Assembly: GCA_965242965.1 (NCBI GenBank)
Contig: OZ251518.1
Location: forward strand, 736,001-800,000
DNA: 64,000 nt
Source: Candidatus Poribacteria bacterium
GTDB taxonomy: Bacteria; Poribacteria; WGA-4E; WGA-3G
Direction of reading: 5' to 3'
Of the stretch, positions 50,156-59,417 are shown piece after piece. The position numbers and the translations under genes were made by a program. The stretch's first letter is position 1. Each line of letters starts with the position of its first letter. Below the pieces are notes generated by a model. The model did not search any database and was not told where the DNA came from. It was given only the letters and a program-made list of their open reading frames with translations.

Positions 50156-51408
50156 GAGAGAACCTCCTGAACTTTTGGTTTGTTAATAACGATAGGCTCA
50201 CTCTCATCGTCGAGGAGCGCGCCTTCGTAAATCCAACCGGCGGAGATTACCTCCACCGTCTTCGTTTCCCCCGGGTCTTCCCAGTCCGAACCGATGTAGT
50301 CGTATGCATCGGATTCGCTGAGGGTTATCTCTATTTTGGACCCGACGGCCGCTTGCGGGCGAACGCCTTGCGTCTTGAGGAAACGGGTAAACATGCGAAT
50401 GGTAATGGGAATGAGTTCAAGTTCCTGCGGAACCTCTATCTCGCTTTTCCTTAAACCCTTGGCGAGTTCCTCCGCCTTGAGAAACTGGTCTAACAGGTTG
50501 CTGTGCTTCCCTGAGTTCATCTCGTGGAAGAAGGCGACGGTTGCCTCGTGTTTCGCTTCCTCACGGACGCGCACCAGTTCTTCGTTGACAGCTTCGAGCT
50601 GCTGCAGCGCGCTTTCCGCGGAGGCGCGCAAGTCGGCGTTTTCGAGGAGTGCTTCTTCAGCCGCTATCATATTTTCGTCTTCAATGAGGTCAAACGGGAT
50701 GTCGTCCTCAGGCGGAGAAGGCGAGGTACTTGGGGCGGCGCGTGATTCGGTGCGCGGCGCACTCTCACGCTGCGTCAAGGATTTGAGGAGCCCCTGTGCG
50801 TCGGTGTCGCCGAGGGCGCGCTCTTGTGCGGACTTTTTAGGCCGGAGTCCGCGCTCTATCGCGACGAGTTCGACGAGTTCATCCAAGAGTGTCTTAGACT
50901 GCTTAAAGTTCGCCAATCTCGCGGTATCGTGAAGGATGCCTTTATAGCCCACTGAGTCGGGGAGTTCGATATAAAAGGCATAGAGAATCGCCTTGGGTTC
51001 AATCGGCCGCGTATCCTGCGGTGAGAGGTGCGCGTATTCCTCTAACGGGTATGCGGCGAGGTAATTTTTCGCCTGCGCATACAATGCCCCGTAGTCGCTG
51101 TCGCCCGGGTCACCGGTTACGAATTCGGAGAGGCATTCGCCGATTTCGCCAATCTGTATCGCCCACGAAACGCGTTTCCTGGGCCCGAGATGATACTTGT
51201 CCAGTTCGTCTACGACGCGAAAAGGCAGGCGGCTCACACCCATGTCCTTTTTGAGTCGCGAGACGAGTTCGTTGGGACGGCTTTCGGGTGAATGTAATAC
51301 GGCGCGCGCCAAGTAGTAGGCGTTGAGTTGCCGCTCAACGAGGTATTTCTCTTGACTTCTACCCTTATGCCGATATTTCTTTATCAGCTCGCTGATTTTC
51401 AATTCCAC
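50152..51408 (-). CDS. Protein with coiled coil and C-terminal GrpE-like domain
   Basis: FLKTQGVRP...VG...VEVISAGW.YEG...INKPKV resembles the GrpE beta domain; ATGA overlap with the Hsp70 gene. Confidence 0.65.
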   Translation of the reverse strand: MELKISELIKKYRHKGRSQEKYLVERQLNAYYLARAVLHSPESRPNELVSRLKKDMGVSRLPFRVVDELDKYHLGPRKRVSWAIQIGEIGECLSEFVTGDPGDSDYGALYAQAKNYLAAYPLEEYAHLSPQDTRPIEPKAILYAFYIELPDSVGYKGILHDTARLANFKQSKTLLDELVELVAIERGLRPKKSAQERALGDTDAQGLLKSLTQRESAPRTESRAAPSTSPSPPEDDIPFDLIEDENMIAAEEALLENADLRASAESALQQLEAVNEELVRVREEAKHEATVAFFHEMNSGKHSNLLDQFLKAEELAKGLRKSEIEVPQELELIPITIRMFTRFLKTQGVRPQAAVGSKIEITLSESDAYDYIGSDWEDPGETKTVEVISAGWIYEGALLDDESEPIVINKPKVQEVLS

Positions 51409-51557
51409 GTAAGGTTACCTCTGTTATCTATCGGTAATATTTTAGAACGTTGGTAATTCTTTTAGACTGGACGCAGCACTAAACCCGTAAGCGCGGTTGC
51501 AAACCGAAGAATTGTGACATCTGCGTCAAGCCTATTTTCTTCATTCCGAAGCTTTCG

Positions 51558-52928
51558 CTAGAAATAGATAGGTGTGCCGTTGGTGGCTTGATACACCTCT
51601 ATATCCTTGCCGAACCTTCGGAAGGTTTCGCTATAAACGTTCACCAGAGTTCGCTGTTGCGGGTATCCGTGAACGAAAACGACTTTCTTGGGATAGACTT
51701 TCTCAATAAGCGAAAGTATCCCCTCGCTGTCCGTGTGCGCGGAGAGGCGGTATGTGTCGACATTAGCGTGGACAGGGACGCTTCTGTCATTAAGTCTGAA
51801 CCGTTCTCCTTTGCTCCGATATAACCGTTCTAGTCGCCGCCCGGGGCTTTCTTCGTCAAGGTAGCCGCTAAAGAAAATGGCATTCCTTGCATCGGGAAGC
51901 AATTTTTCGGCATAGCGTGCCGAGGCACTTTTATCAAGTAACATGCCGGAGCTGGCGATGAGAACACCGTTGAAGGTGTCAAGGTTGTCGATGAGTCCCC
52001 GCGGTGCTTTACCTACCTGATACCCGAAAACCCGCACGCCGTTATTTTGATAAATCTCACAAGCGTTTTGAGCGAGTCCATCAATGTAAATGGTAAACGG
52101 TGCCAATCGCCCAGTGTGTATGAGATGCTGCAAGATGAGGGCGAGCTCTTGGCTTCTGCCTATCGCAAACGCGGGGATAAGCACACTGCCCCTGTTATTA
52201 AGGCATCGCTCGATTTTCCGCGCGAAAATTTCGCGTTCTTCAACGACTTTTCCGGCGTAAGCACCCTCCTGATACCCGTATGTTGATTCAGCAATGAGTA
52301 AGTCAACTTCCAAATTGTCTGGAATCTGATACTTGGGCACAGTCATCTGGTCAAACGGTGTAAAGTCGCCGCTGAACAGAATATTGCCGGCATCGGACTG
52401 CACGTAAATCATGCTTGCGCCGAGGATGTGCCCTGCCGGATAGAACGTGACTTGCACAGGGGGGTATAACGCGCTTCCCTGATGTTCTAGCAGAAAAGGG
52501 TTATTCCATTCAACGCATTGGATGTTTTCTAGTGCGTGTTCGACCCGAGTTGCGTTGAATTGCTGCACCTCTCGAAAATCCTGCAAAGTTGCATCAGGCG
52601 GCGCGTCGCCCCCGGCTTGGCTCAGTTGCATCTCCATGATATCGTGCGTCGCCTGCGTCGCGTAAATCGGAACATCCGGTGCCTCGGCGACGACAGTAGG
52701 AAGTGAACCAACGTGGTCCAAGTGTCCGTGAGAGAGTAGGATGCTTTCCAGCTCCCACAAGCCGTCAAGTAGGTTTTGGGCATAAAGCGAATCGAAGCGA
52801 GGAAACGTAGAATCAGCATGCAAGCGAATGCCGGAATCCAAGAGCAGTTTCGTGTCGTTTAACCGAATAAAATAGCAGCTTGCACCGATTTCATTTCCGC
52901 CTCCGATTGGGTAAAAGAGGTTCTTCGT
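51558..52928 (-). CDS. MBL-fold beta-CASP nuclease (CPSF73/YSH1-like), probable ACG start
   Basis: PIGGGNEIGASCY..LLDSG, SHGHLDH, AGHILGA, SGDF, ESTYG, PAFAIGRSQE, SSGML, SAHTD, VHG. Conserved N-terminus extends upstream of the ORF-track TTG at 52841. Confidence 0.9.
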   Translation of the reverse strand, partial: TKNLFYPIGGGNEIGASCYFIRLNDTKLLLDSGIRLHADSTFPRFDSLYAQNLLDGLWELESILLSHGHLDHVGSLPTVVAEAPDVPIYATQATHDIMEMQLSQAGGDAPPDATLQDFREVQQFNATRVEHALENIQCVEWNNPFLLEHQGSALYPPVQVTFYPAGHILGASMIYVQSDAGNILFSGDFTPFDQMTVPKYQIPDNLEVDLLIAESTYGYQEGAYAGKVVEEREIFARKIERCLNNRGSVLIPAFAIGRSQELALILQHLIHTGRLAPFTIYIDGLAQNACEIYQNNGVRVFGYQVGKAPRGLIDNLDTFNGVLIASSGMLLDKSASARYAEKLLPDARNAIFFSGYLDEESPGRRLERLYRSKGERFRLNDRSVPVHANVDTYRLSAHTDSEGILSLIEKVYPKKVVFVHGYPQQRTLVNVYSETFRRFGKDIEVYQATNGTPIYF

Positions 52929-52997
52929 CGTTCTGCCTCCGCGCTAAAGTTGTTTCCTAAATAGTGAGACAACGGGGTGTTCTGTTTCGTTGTATCT

Positions 52998-53027
52998 ATT
53001 ATACGATTAATTGCAAATAAATAGCAA
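52998..53027 (-). promoter_or_regulatory. Sigma70-type promoter for the nuclease-GrpE-Hsp70 unit
   Basis: TTGCTA-18 bp-TATAAT on the minus strand. Confidence 0.55.
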
Positions 53028-53037
53028 CATGTTATTT

Positions 53038-53257
53038 AAGGATGTTTCATAACTCGTTGGCGCGCCCTCCTGGGGCGCGGCAGAAAGCCCGTTTCATCGT
53101 AGGGCGAGGGCCTGTCCCTCGCCATTGTCCGCGCAATCTGACGCTCGCGGGGGACAGGCCCCCGCGCTACGAAAAAAAACGGCACTTCACCGTAGGGCGA
53201 GGGCCTGTCCCTCGCCATCGTCATCCTACCGAACACTTTGAAATATAAAACACCCTC
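53038..53257. mobile_element. MITE-like TIR-bounded REP cassette
   Basis: AAGGATGTTTCATA ... TATAAAACACCCTC. Confidence 0.55.
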
Positions 53258-53759
53258 ATCTTATTTTCCACTGTTCTCCACTAACTATTTTCGGTGGAAA
53301 TTCTCCCGATTCCACTTGCGCGATGAGAGCGTTAAGTGCCTCGCGCGCTTTTCGGGCCAAATCGGTGTCAATCGCCCCGGCCTGAATTGCCGCTTCAAAC
53401 TCGTCCTCATCCTGAATCTCATAACTGCCATCCGGATATACCCAAAGATCCAAGAACAAATCGGTTATTTCAAAACGGCTTGCTGTCCGTATCACCGGCA
53501 CAATAATATCACAATAATAGCCTGTCCACTCGTTATTAAGGTTGTAGATTTTCCCGATGTCATACCACTGCCCCCTAAATACGAACCAGACGGCGGTGAA
53601 GTTTTCTCCCAACACCGTTTCACCGTTATGCACAATCGGCGATGATGGGTTCACTCGCTGCGATGTGATGATGACGTTTTCGTCTTCATAGAGCAATCGC
53701 TGCTGAAAGTGCGAAACCCGTTCTGGCAGTCTTTTATATGTGAGTGTTACCGTTTCCAT
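53256..53759 (-). CDS. DUF402 domain protein
   Basis: GYYCDI..P......DLFLDLWV.PDG.Y...DEDEF..A. Confidence 0.85.
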   Translation of the reverse strand: METVTLTYKRLPERVSHFQQRLLYEDENVIITSQRVNPSSPIVHNGETVLGENFTAVWFVFRGQWYDIGKIYNLNNEWTGYYCDIIVPVIRTASRFEITDLFLDLWVYPDGSYEIQDEDEFEAAIQAGAIDTDLARKAREALNALIAQVESGEFPPKIVSGEQWKIR

Positions 53760-53773
53760 TTTTCGCGTTGCGC

Positions 53774-54754
53774 CTATTTATTATCGATGCGTTCGCGGAA
53801 GGCTTTGATATGCGCGGGCGTTGTCCCGCAGCATCCGCCGATGAGATATGCCCCTGCTTCAATAAGCGTTGGGACGTAACTCGCCATTTCTTCGGGTTTT
53901 TGTGCGTAAACGGTTTGCATGTTTTCGTCAAGTTGCGGCATTCCGGCATTCGGATACGCCATCACCCGTTTGTCACGGATGTGCCTTTCGGCGAGTGTTG
54001 CGCGGAGTTGCTGCGTACCGGTAATCGCATACGGCATACCGGTATGTTCAACACGCCGGGTTTCTGCGCCGCAGTTAATGCCGATGATGTCAACGGCATC
54101 CAACAGCGAGTCGTCTCCGAGGATGTCAAGCAAATCTCGCGGAGAATGCCCCCAGTCGGTTCGGTAAATCACTTCACCGGTGCGCCGATTTTTCGTCCAT
54201 TTGTATGTCATATTGACAGCAATCGGCAGTCCTGTTTCGCTAGCAATATTGACAGCGATGGCGGCTTCTTTGGCGGAAAACATCGTCTCTAGGCAGAGAA
54301 AATCGACACCTTCTTCGGCGAGCGTATGGATAACGAGTCGATGCGCTTCCCAAACTTCGGCGTTTGCGATGCCGAAGGTTGTATCGCCGCTGTCTGCTTC
54401 AATAGCACCGGGCGAAGGGCCGATTGAACCGGCGATGTATACCTGCTCAGATTCGGTTTGCTCAACGGCAGTTTTCGCGTGCTGCACGGCGAGCCGCGTC
54501 AGTCTTTGGGCACCCGATTTGTCCTGTCCTGCCATTTGCAGATGGAGTGGGGAGGCGACAAAGGTATTCGTGCCGATTGCCTCCGCGCCGGCGCGAATAT
54601 ACGCCGCGTGAATATCTGTGATAGCGGTAGGATGCAATTCGTTAGCAAGCGCGCTGTTGGCGAGCTCTATGCCGCGGTTGAACAGCTGCGTGCCGAACCC
54701 ACCGTCGTAGAGTATTGGTTCGTCAGAGGTTAATCGTTCCCGAAAAGTTTTCAC
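53774..54754 (-). CDS. Homocysteine S-methyltransferase family protein (stand-alone MetH N-terminal domain)
   Basis: DGGFGTQL, AGSIGP, LETMFS, GINCG, YPNAGMP, IGGCCGTTPAHI. Confidence 0.92.
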   Translation of the reverse strand: MKTFRERLTSDEPILYDGGFGTQLFNRGIELANSALANELHPTAITDIHAAYIRAGAEAIGTNTFVASPLHLQMAGQDKSGAQRLTRLAVQHAKTAVEQTESEQVYIAGSIGPSPGAIEADSGDTTFGIANAEVWEAHRLVIHTLAEEGVDFLCLETMFSAKEAAIAVNIASETGLPIAVNMTYKWTKNRRTGEVIYRTDWGHSPRDLLDILGDDSLLDAVDIIGINCGAETRRVEHTGMPYAITGTQQLRATLAERHIRDKRVMAYPNAGMPQLDENMQTVYAQKPEEMASYVPTLIEAGAYLIGGCCGTTPAHIKAFRERIDNK

Positions 54755-55011
54755 TGTTCCTTGCGTTCCCCGCTCAATTCTTCAATGAGTGCATCCAAAA
54801 CGGTTTGAGGTGCGCCGGGCATTTCTTGTTTCTCGCTCCAGTGCCACTGCTCCAAGTATGCGTCACTACCGACGATATTCTCCTGCATCGCAACTTTGTC
54901 GATGCGGTTCTGAAAGCGTTGCGGTAGTTGTTGCGAGATGCGCCGCTTCCCGTCATAAACCCTCACCTGCGCAGGAATATCTCTCCAATACAAAATTTGG
55001 TATGTTGCCAT
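54751..55011 (-). CDS. Small 'virulence factor' family protein (split methionine synthase-associated)
   Basis: YQILYWRDIPAQV...LP.RFQ..ID.VAM.....SDAYLEQW; GTGA overlap with the methyltransferase gene. Confidence 0.8.
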   Translation of the reverse strand: MATYQILYWRDIPAQVRVYDGKRRISQQLPQRFQNRIDKVAMQENIVGSDAYLEQWHWSEKQEMPGAPQTVLDALIEELSGERKEQ

Positions 55012-55051
55012 TTGCGTTCTGATTTCTGCCGATGTTATGAGACTCTATTAT

Positions 55052-55080
55052 ATTATACCAAAATTTTCGTAAAAAGTCAA
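55052..55080 (-). promoter_or_regulatory. Sigma70 promoter
   Basis: TTGACT-17 bp-TATAAT on the minus strand. Confidence 0.75.
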
Positions 55081-55092
55081 GTAAAAAATGAC

Positions 55093-55121
55093 TTGCATCA
55101 AGAAACTGAATCAGGTATAAT
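55093..55121 (+). promoter_or_regulatory. Divergent sigma70 promoter firing into a repeat cassette
   Basis: TTGCAT-17 bp-TATAAT. Confidence 0.7.
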
Positions 55122-55128
55122 GTTAAGT

Positions 55129-55576
55129 GAGGGTGTTTCATATTTCGATGCGTTCGGTAGGAGAGCCCTCGGGTCTCAATGTCTTCCCGGTAGGAGAGTC
55201 TCGATGTGCCCGTAGCGCGGGGGCCTGTCCCCCGCGAGCGTTGGAGTGCACCGACGATGGCGAGGGACAGGCCCTCGCCCTACGGTGAAGTGGCGTTTTT
55301 TCCCCGTAGCGCGGGGGCCCTCGGATGCCACACGCGCATCCGAGCGGGTTTCCCCCGCGATGGCTCAAGAACCGTTGTTTTTATCGTAGCGCGGGGGCCT
55401 GTCCCCCGCGAGTGCCATTGTCACGATGTGTGTTTCCCCCACTGTAGTTTGTGATCGCCTGATCACAAACAGTTCAGGATCTGGCGATCCTGCCCTACAG
55501 AGCCTGGCGCACGAGGATTCCGCGGACGATATCAAAACCGGGAGGGCTCTTCTACACGGATTTATGAAACACCCTG
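55129..55576. mobile_element. MITE-like TIR-bounded REP cassette
   Basis: GAGGGTGTTTCATA ... TATGAAACACCCTG. Confidence 0.7.
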
Positions 55577-55625
55577 AATTTTACGTGAACTTATTCTCTT
55601 CTTTTTTTCTTCTTTGACGAGGCTT

Positions 55626-57569
55626 ATGCAAAACAACACTGAGCTCCACGCGCAACATCCACAATCTCAAAAGCGTCACCCCGGTGTCACCTTTCGCGCC
55701 ATTCTCCTCGGGGTGCTCCTGATACCGCCGAACACCTATTTTATCATGGCAAACCATCTCCGTTATTGGAGCACTTTGCCGACTACCATGTCGCTGATTT
55801 ACAATGTGGTAGTGACGTTAACGGTGTTGACATGCCTCAATTTCCTGCTCAGATGGTTGCTGCCGCGGTTTGCCCTCCGGCAGGGCGAATTGCTCACTAT
55901 CTATGTTATTTTGTCCCTTTCGTCGGCGATTGCGGGGCACGACATGATGCAGACTGTCGTGCCCGTTATTCCGAACGGCTTCTGGTTCGCTACGCCTGAA
56001 AACGAATGGCAGCAACTCTTCTGGCGATACCTCCCCAATTGGATGACGCTCAGCGAGCTCTCCGTCTTGCAAGACTTTTACGATGGCGATACCACCTTTT
56101 ACACGAAAAGGTATCTGTCGGCGTGGTGGGAACCGATTTTATGGTGGACTATTTTTCTCTCAGTGCTGATGTGGGTGATGGTTTGCATCGATTTGCTCCT
56201 GCGCAAACAGTGGATTGAACGGGAACGGTTGACATACCCTATTGTCCGCCTGCCGATAGAGATGACGCACTCGGATGGGCGGCTCTTCAAAAACAAAATG
56301 TTGTGGATAGGGTTCGCGATTGCCGGCAGCATCGATTTGATTAACGGCATCCACGCCTTCTTTCCCGCGTTTCCCGAAATCCCGGTGCGCAAGGCAGACT
56401 TGGGTATCTATTTCACCGAAAAACCGTGGGATGCGATGGGGTGGACACCTGTCTATATCCTCTCATTCGGCGTGGGATTGGCATTCTTGATGCCGCTGGA
56501 GATGTCGTTTTCGTTGTGGTTTTTTTATCTCTTCTGGAAAGGCGAGCGTATCCTCGGTAGAGCGATGGGCTTACAAGTTTTGCCGGGGTTTCCTTACGAT
56601 GGGCCACAGGGAGTCGGCGCGTATCTCGCCATCGCCTGTTTTGGGCTTTATGGGGGCAGGAAGCATTTCTATGCCATGTTCAAAAGCCTCATCGGCAAAA
56701 AACAGCAAAATCTCTCGCCGGAGATGCAAGATACAACCGACTACCGGTGGCCGGTGGCAGGGTTAATCGGCGGCGTGCTTTTCCTCTTCATTTTCTCGCA
56801 TCAGGGCGGCATGGCAGTTTGGATGATAGCCCTCTATTTCGGCATCTATTATCTGCTTGCGCTCGGCATCACGCGCGTGCGCGCCGAAGTCGGCCCGCCA
56901 ACACATGAGATGTTTGTTGCGAACCCGCGGCAATTCATCATCGACTCGCTCGGCTCGCGTCCGATTCCGCCGCCGAGTTTGACGATGATGTCGCTCTATT
57001 TTGCGTTCAATCGCGGGTATCGCGCGCATCCGATGCCCCATACTTTAGAAGGCTTCAAACTGGTTGAGGTCGCGAATATGCGCGCCGGACGCATGGTAAT
57101 AGCGATGATGTGCGCCATCTTTTTCGGTATCCTCGCCTCGTTTTGGGCGTATCTCGTTGTCTCCTATAACATCGGCGCGAATCCGGGATTAGGCAGCGGC
57201 GGCTACAACATGCTCCGTTCGTGGCTCTATTATCCTACCGAGACAAATATCCCTGCCGTTACTTTCATGGGTGTCGGCTTTCTGTTTACCGGATTGCTTT
57301 GGTGGCTGCGCACCCGTTTCCCGATGTTCCCGTTTCATCCCACCGGCTATGCCGTTGCGAGTAGTATATGGACGTTCGGCTGGCTTTGGTTCTCTGTGCT
57401 TATCAGTTGGGCGATTAAGAACATCATTTTACGCTTTGGCGGCATCCGCTTGTATCATCGGGTGTTACCCCTTTTCTTGGGGTTGATTCTAGGACAATTT
57501 ATTGTCGGCGGCGGCTGGGTGCTGATTCGGTTAATTTGGGGTGTCTCGGTTTATTCGTTTTATCGATGA
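55626..57569 (+). CDS. Polytopic membrane protein (DUF6785/DUF6784-like), paralog of 41113-43014
   Basis: VTFRAILLG, WFATPENEW, RKQWIERERLTYP, RVRAEVG, PFHPTGY. Start may instead be the TTG at 55614. Confidence 0.75.
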   Translation: MQNNTELHAQHPQSQKRHPGVTFRAILLGVLLIPPNTYFIMANHLRYWSTLPTTMSLIYNVVVTLTVLTCLNFLLRWLLPRFALRQGELLTIYVILSLSSAIAGHDMMQTVVPVIPNGFWFATPENEWQQLFWRYLPNWMTLSELSVLQDFYDGDTTFYTKRYLSAWWEPILWWTIFLSVLMWVMVCIDLLLRKQWIERERLTYPIVRLPIEMTHSDGRLFKNKMLWIGFAIAGSIDLINGIHAFFPAFPEIPVRKADLGIYFTEKPWDAMGWTPVYILSFGVGLAFLMPLEMSFSLWFFYLFWKGERILGRAMGLQVLPGFPYDGPQGVGAYLAIACFGLYGGRKHFYAMFKSLIGKKQQNLSPEMQDTTDYRWPVAGLIGGVLFLFIFSHQGGMAVWMIALYFGIYYLLALGITRVRAEVGPPTHEMFVANPRQFIIDSLGSRPIPPPSLTMMSLYFAFNRGYRAHPMPHTLEGFKLVEVANMRAGRMVIAMMCAIFFGILASFWAYLVVSYNIGANPGLGSGGYNMLRSWLYYPTETNIPAVTFMGVGFLFTGLLWWLRTRFPMFPFHPTGYAVASSIWTFGWLWFSVLISWAIKNIILRFGGIRLYHRVLPLFLGLILGQFIVGGGWVLIRLIWGVSVYSFYR

Positions 57570-57577
57570 GATAAATT

Positions 57578-58159
57578 GAGGGTGTTTCATATCTCAATTT
57601 CTTCGGGTAGGAGAGACCTCCTGGTCTCGATGTTCCCGTAGCGCGTGGGCCCTCGGATGCCACACGCGCATCCGAGAGGGTTTCCCCCGCAATCGTTGGA
57701 TGACGCGTGCACGGCGAGGGACAGGCCCTCGCCCTACGGTGAGAGGAGCGTTTTTTATCGTAGCGCGGGGGCCTGTCCCCCGCGATCTCCATCGTCACGA
57801 TGCAGTCTTAGGTCCTTTAGGACCTACATGTCTATAGAAAAACGTGTCAGTCCCATGTCAAGGTCCTTTAGGTCCTTAATAGGAAACCACGCGGACCTGT
57901 CAAAGCATATTAAGGACCTAAAGGACCTTAGAGCCTTTTGCGTTTCGGCTGCTATAGACATTCAGGTCCTACAGACCTGAAGAGAACGAGAGACGTTTTT
58001 TCCGCAGCGGGAACGATGGCGAGGGCCTGTCCCTCGCCCTACGGTAAAACGGGCGGTTTTGGATACCGTAGCGCGGGGGCCTGTCCCCCGCGATCGTTGG
58101 AGTGCGCGGACGAGATCAAGACTGGGAGGGCTCTCCTAACAGATTTATGAAACACCCTC
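57578..58159. mobile_element. MITE-like TIR-bounded REP cassette with four-hairpin module
   Basis: Perfect 14-bp TIR GAGGGTGTTTCATA / TATGAAACACCCTC. Confidence 0.7.
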
Positions 58160-58957
58160 TTACAAATACGCAGCAAACTGCTCCTTGACGCGCGCCTTAT
58201 CGGCATCATCGCCGAAGCCGAGGCTGAACCACCCCGAATACCCGCGCGCCTGCAATTCTGTGAATAACGCCTCAAAATTAATCGTCCCCTCGCCGGGGAC
58301 GAGATGCACTTCGTAATCACCGCGGTTGTCATTGAGGCGAACCTGCCCGATATTCGCTACGCCGAATGCATCCAAGAAACCTTGCCATCCTTCCGGCACC
58401 AGATGCCCATGCGCAACGTTAAACGCCCACTTGAAATAAGGCGACTGAATCGCATCGAAAAACCATCGCGTTTCAGCAACGTTATGCGGAATATAGTGCA
58501 TTTCGGAAAGTTCCGGCTCCCGATTGTGGTTCTCGAAGAATATGGTAATTTCGGCTTGTGTCGCGCTGTCTACTAATCGCTGTAGCCGCGCAATCGCCGC
58601 TGCGCGCCGTTGCTGCACATCCCCGAAATGATAGCCACCATGTCCGATGAGCCAGCCGCACCCTAGCCGCGCCGCAAATTCCAAATTCGCATGGAGATAT
58701 TTATCCACCGCTTCCGACATTATCGGCACATACTCGGCGTTGTTAATTGCTGAAGAGGGATGGATGCCGAGTGCCACGTCGTGTTTTTCACACAGATTTC
58801 GCACGGTGCGGACGCGCGCTGCGTCAAAGGCGGCAATATCGTTCGGCGGGACATCGGCTTGGAAATCGATGTATCCAAACCCGTTATCCGCCGCCCATTG
58901 AATAGATGCTTCAATTGGTTTGTGTTTCGGCGCATCAAACCCAAATCGGTTTTTCAT
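58160..58957 (-). CDS. Sugar phosphate isomerase/epimerase (xylose isomerase-like TIM barrel)
   Basis: FENHN, FNVAHGHL, L.DNRG..EVHLVPGEGTINF; SD GGAG. The ORF-track extension is REP-derived. Confidence 0.85.
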   Translation of the reverse strand: MKNRFGFDAPKHKPIEASIQWAADNGFGYIDFQADVPPNDIAAFDAARVRTVRNLCEKHDVALGIHPSSAINNAEYVPIMSEAVDKYLHANLEFAARLGCGWLIGHGGYHFGDVQQRRAAAIARLQRLVDSATQAEITIFFENHNREPELSEMHYIPHNVAETRWFFDAIQSPYFKWAFNVAHGHLVPEGWQGFLDAFGVANIGQVRLNDNRGDYEVHLVPGEGTINFEALFTELQARGYSGWFSLGFGDDADKARVKEQFAAYL

Positions 58958-59019
58958 GTTATTCTCCACTCGTTGTTGTAAAAATGGTTTCGTGATCCCT
59001 TGAACGCTTCCGTTTTCCC

Positions 59020-59411
59020 GGTAGGAGAGACCTCCTGGTCTCGATGTTCCCGTAGCGCGGGGGCCCTCGGATGCCATACGCGCATCCGAGCGGGTTTCCC
59101 CCGCGAGCGTTGGATTGCGCGTGCCTGAACGATGGCGAGGGACAGGCCCTCGCCCTACGGTAACGGACACCGTTTTTTAGGATGCATCGTTTTAGGTCCT
59201 TTAGGACCTAAGAGACGTTTTTTCATCGTAGCGCGGGGGCCCTCGGATGCCATACGCGCATCCGAGCGGGTTTCCCCCGCGAGCGTCGGGGTGCGCGTGC
59301 ATGAACGATGGCGAGGGACAGGCCCTCGCCCTACGGTGAGGGGCGGCGTTTTTTTCACCGTAGCGCGGGGGCCTGTCCCCCGCGATGTTGAGCGATATAT
59401 GAAACACTCTC
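59020..59411. repeat. REP cluster ending in a TIR
   Basis: REP units and TATGAAACACTCTC at 59398-59411. Confidence 0.85.
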
Positions 59412-59417
59412 ATTAGA

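Noticed and set aside
51409-51557. Small gene or terminator between the nuclease and GrpE-like genes
   Set aside because: Only a short CGGTT-GCA-AACCG palindrome is present, with no convincing ORF or U-tract.
57570-58165. Target-site duplications around the TIR cassettes
   Set aside because: The flanks show no consistent direct repeat, so mobility remains inferred.
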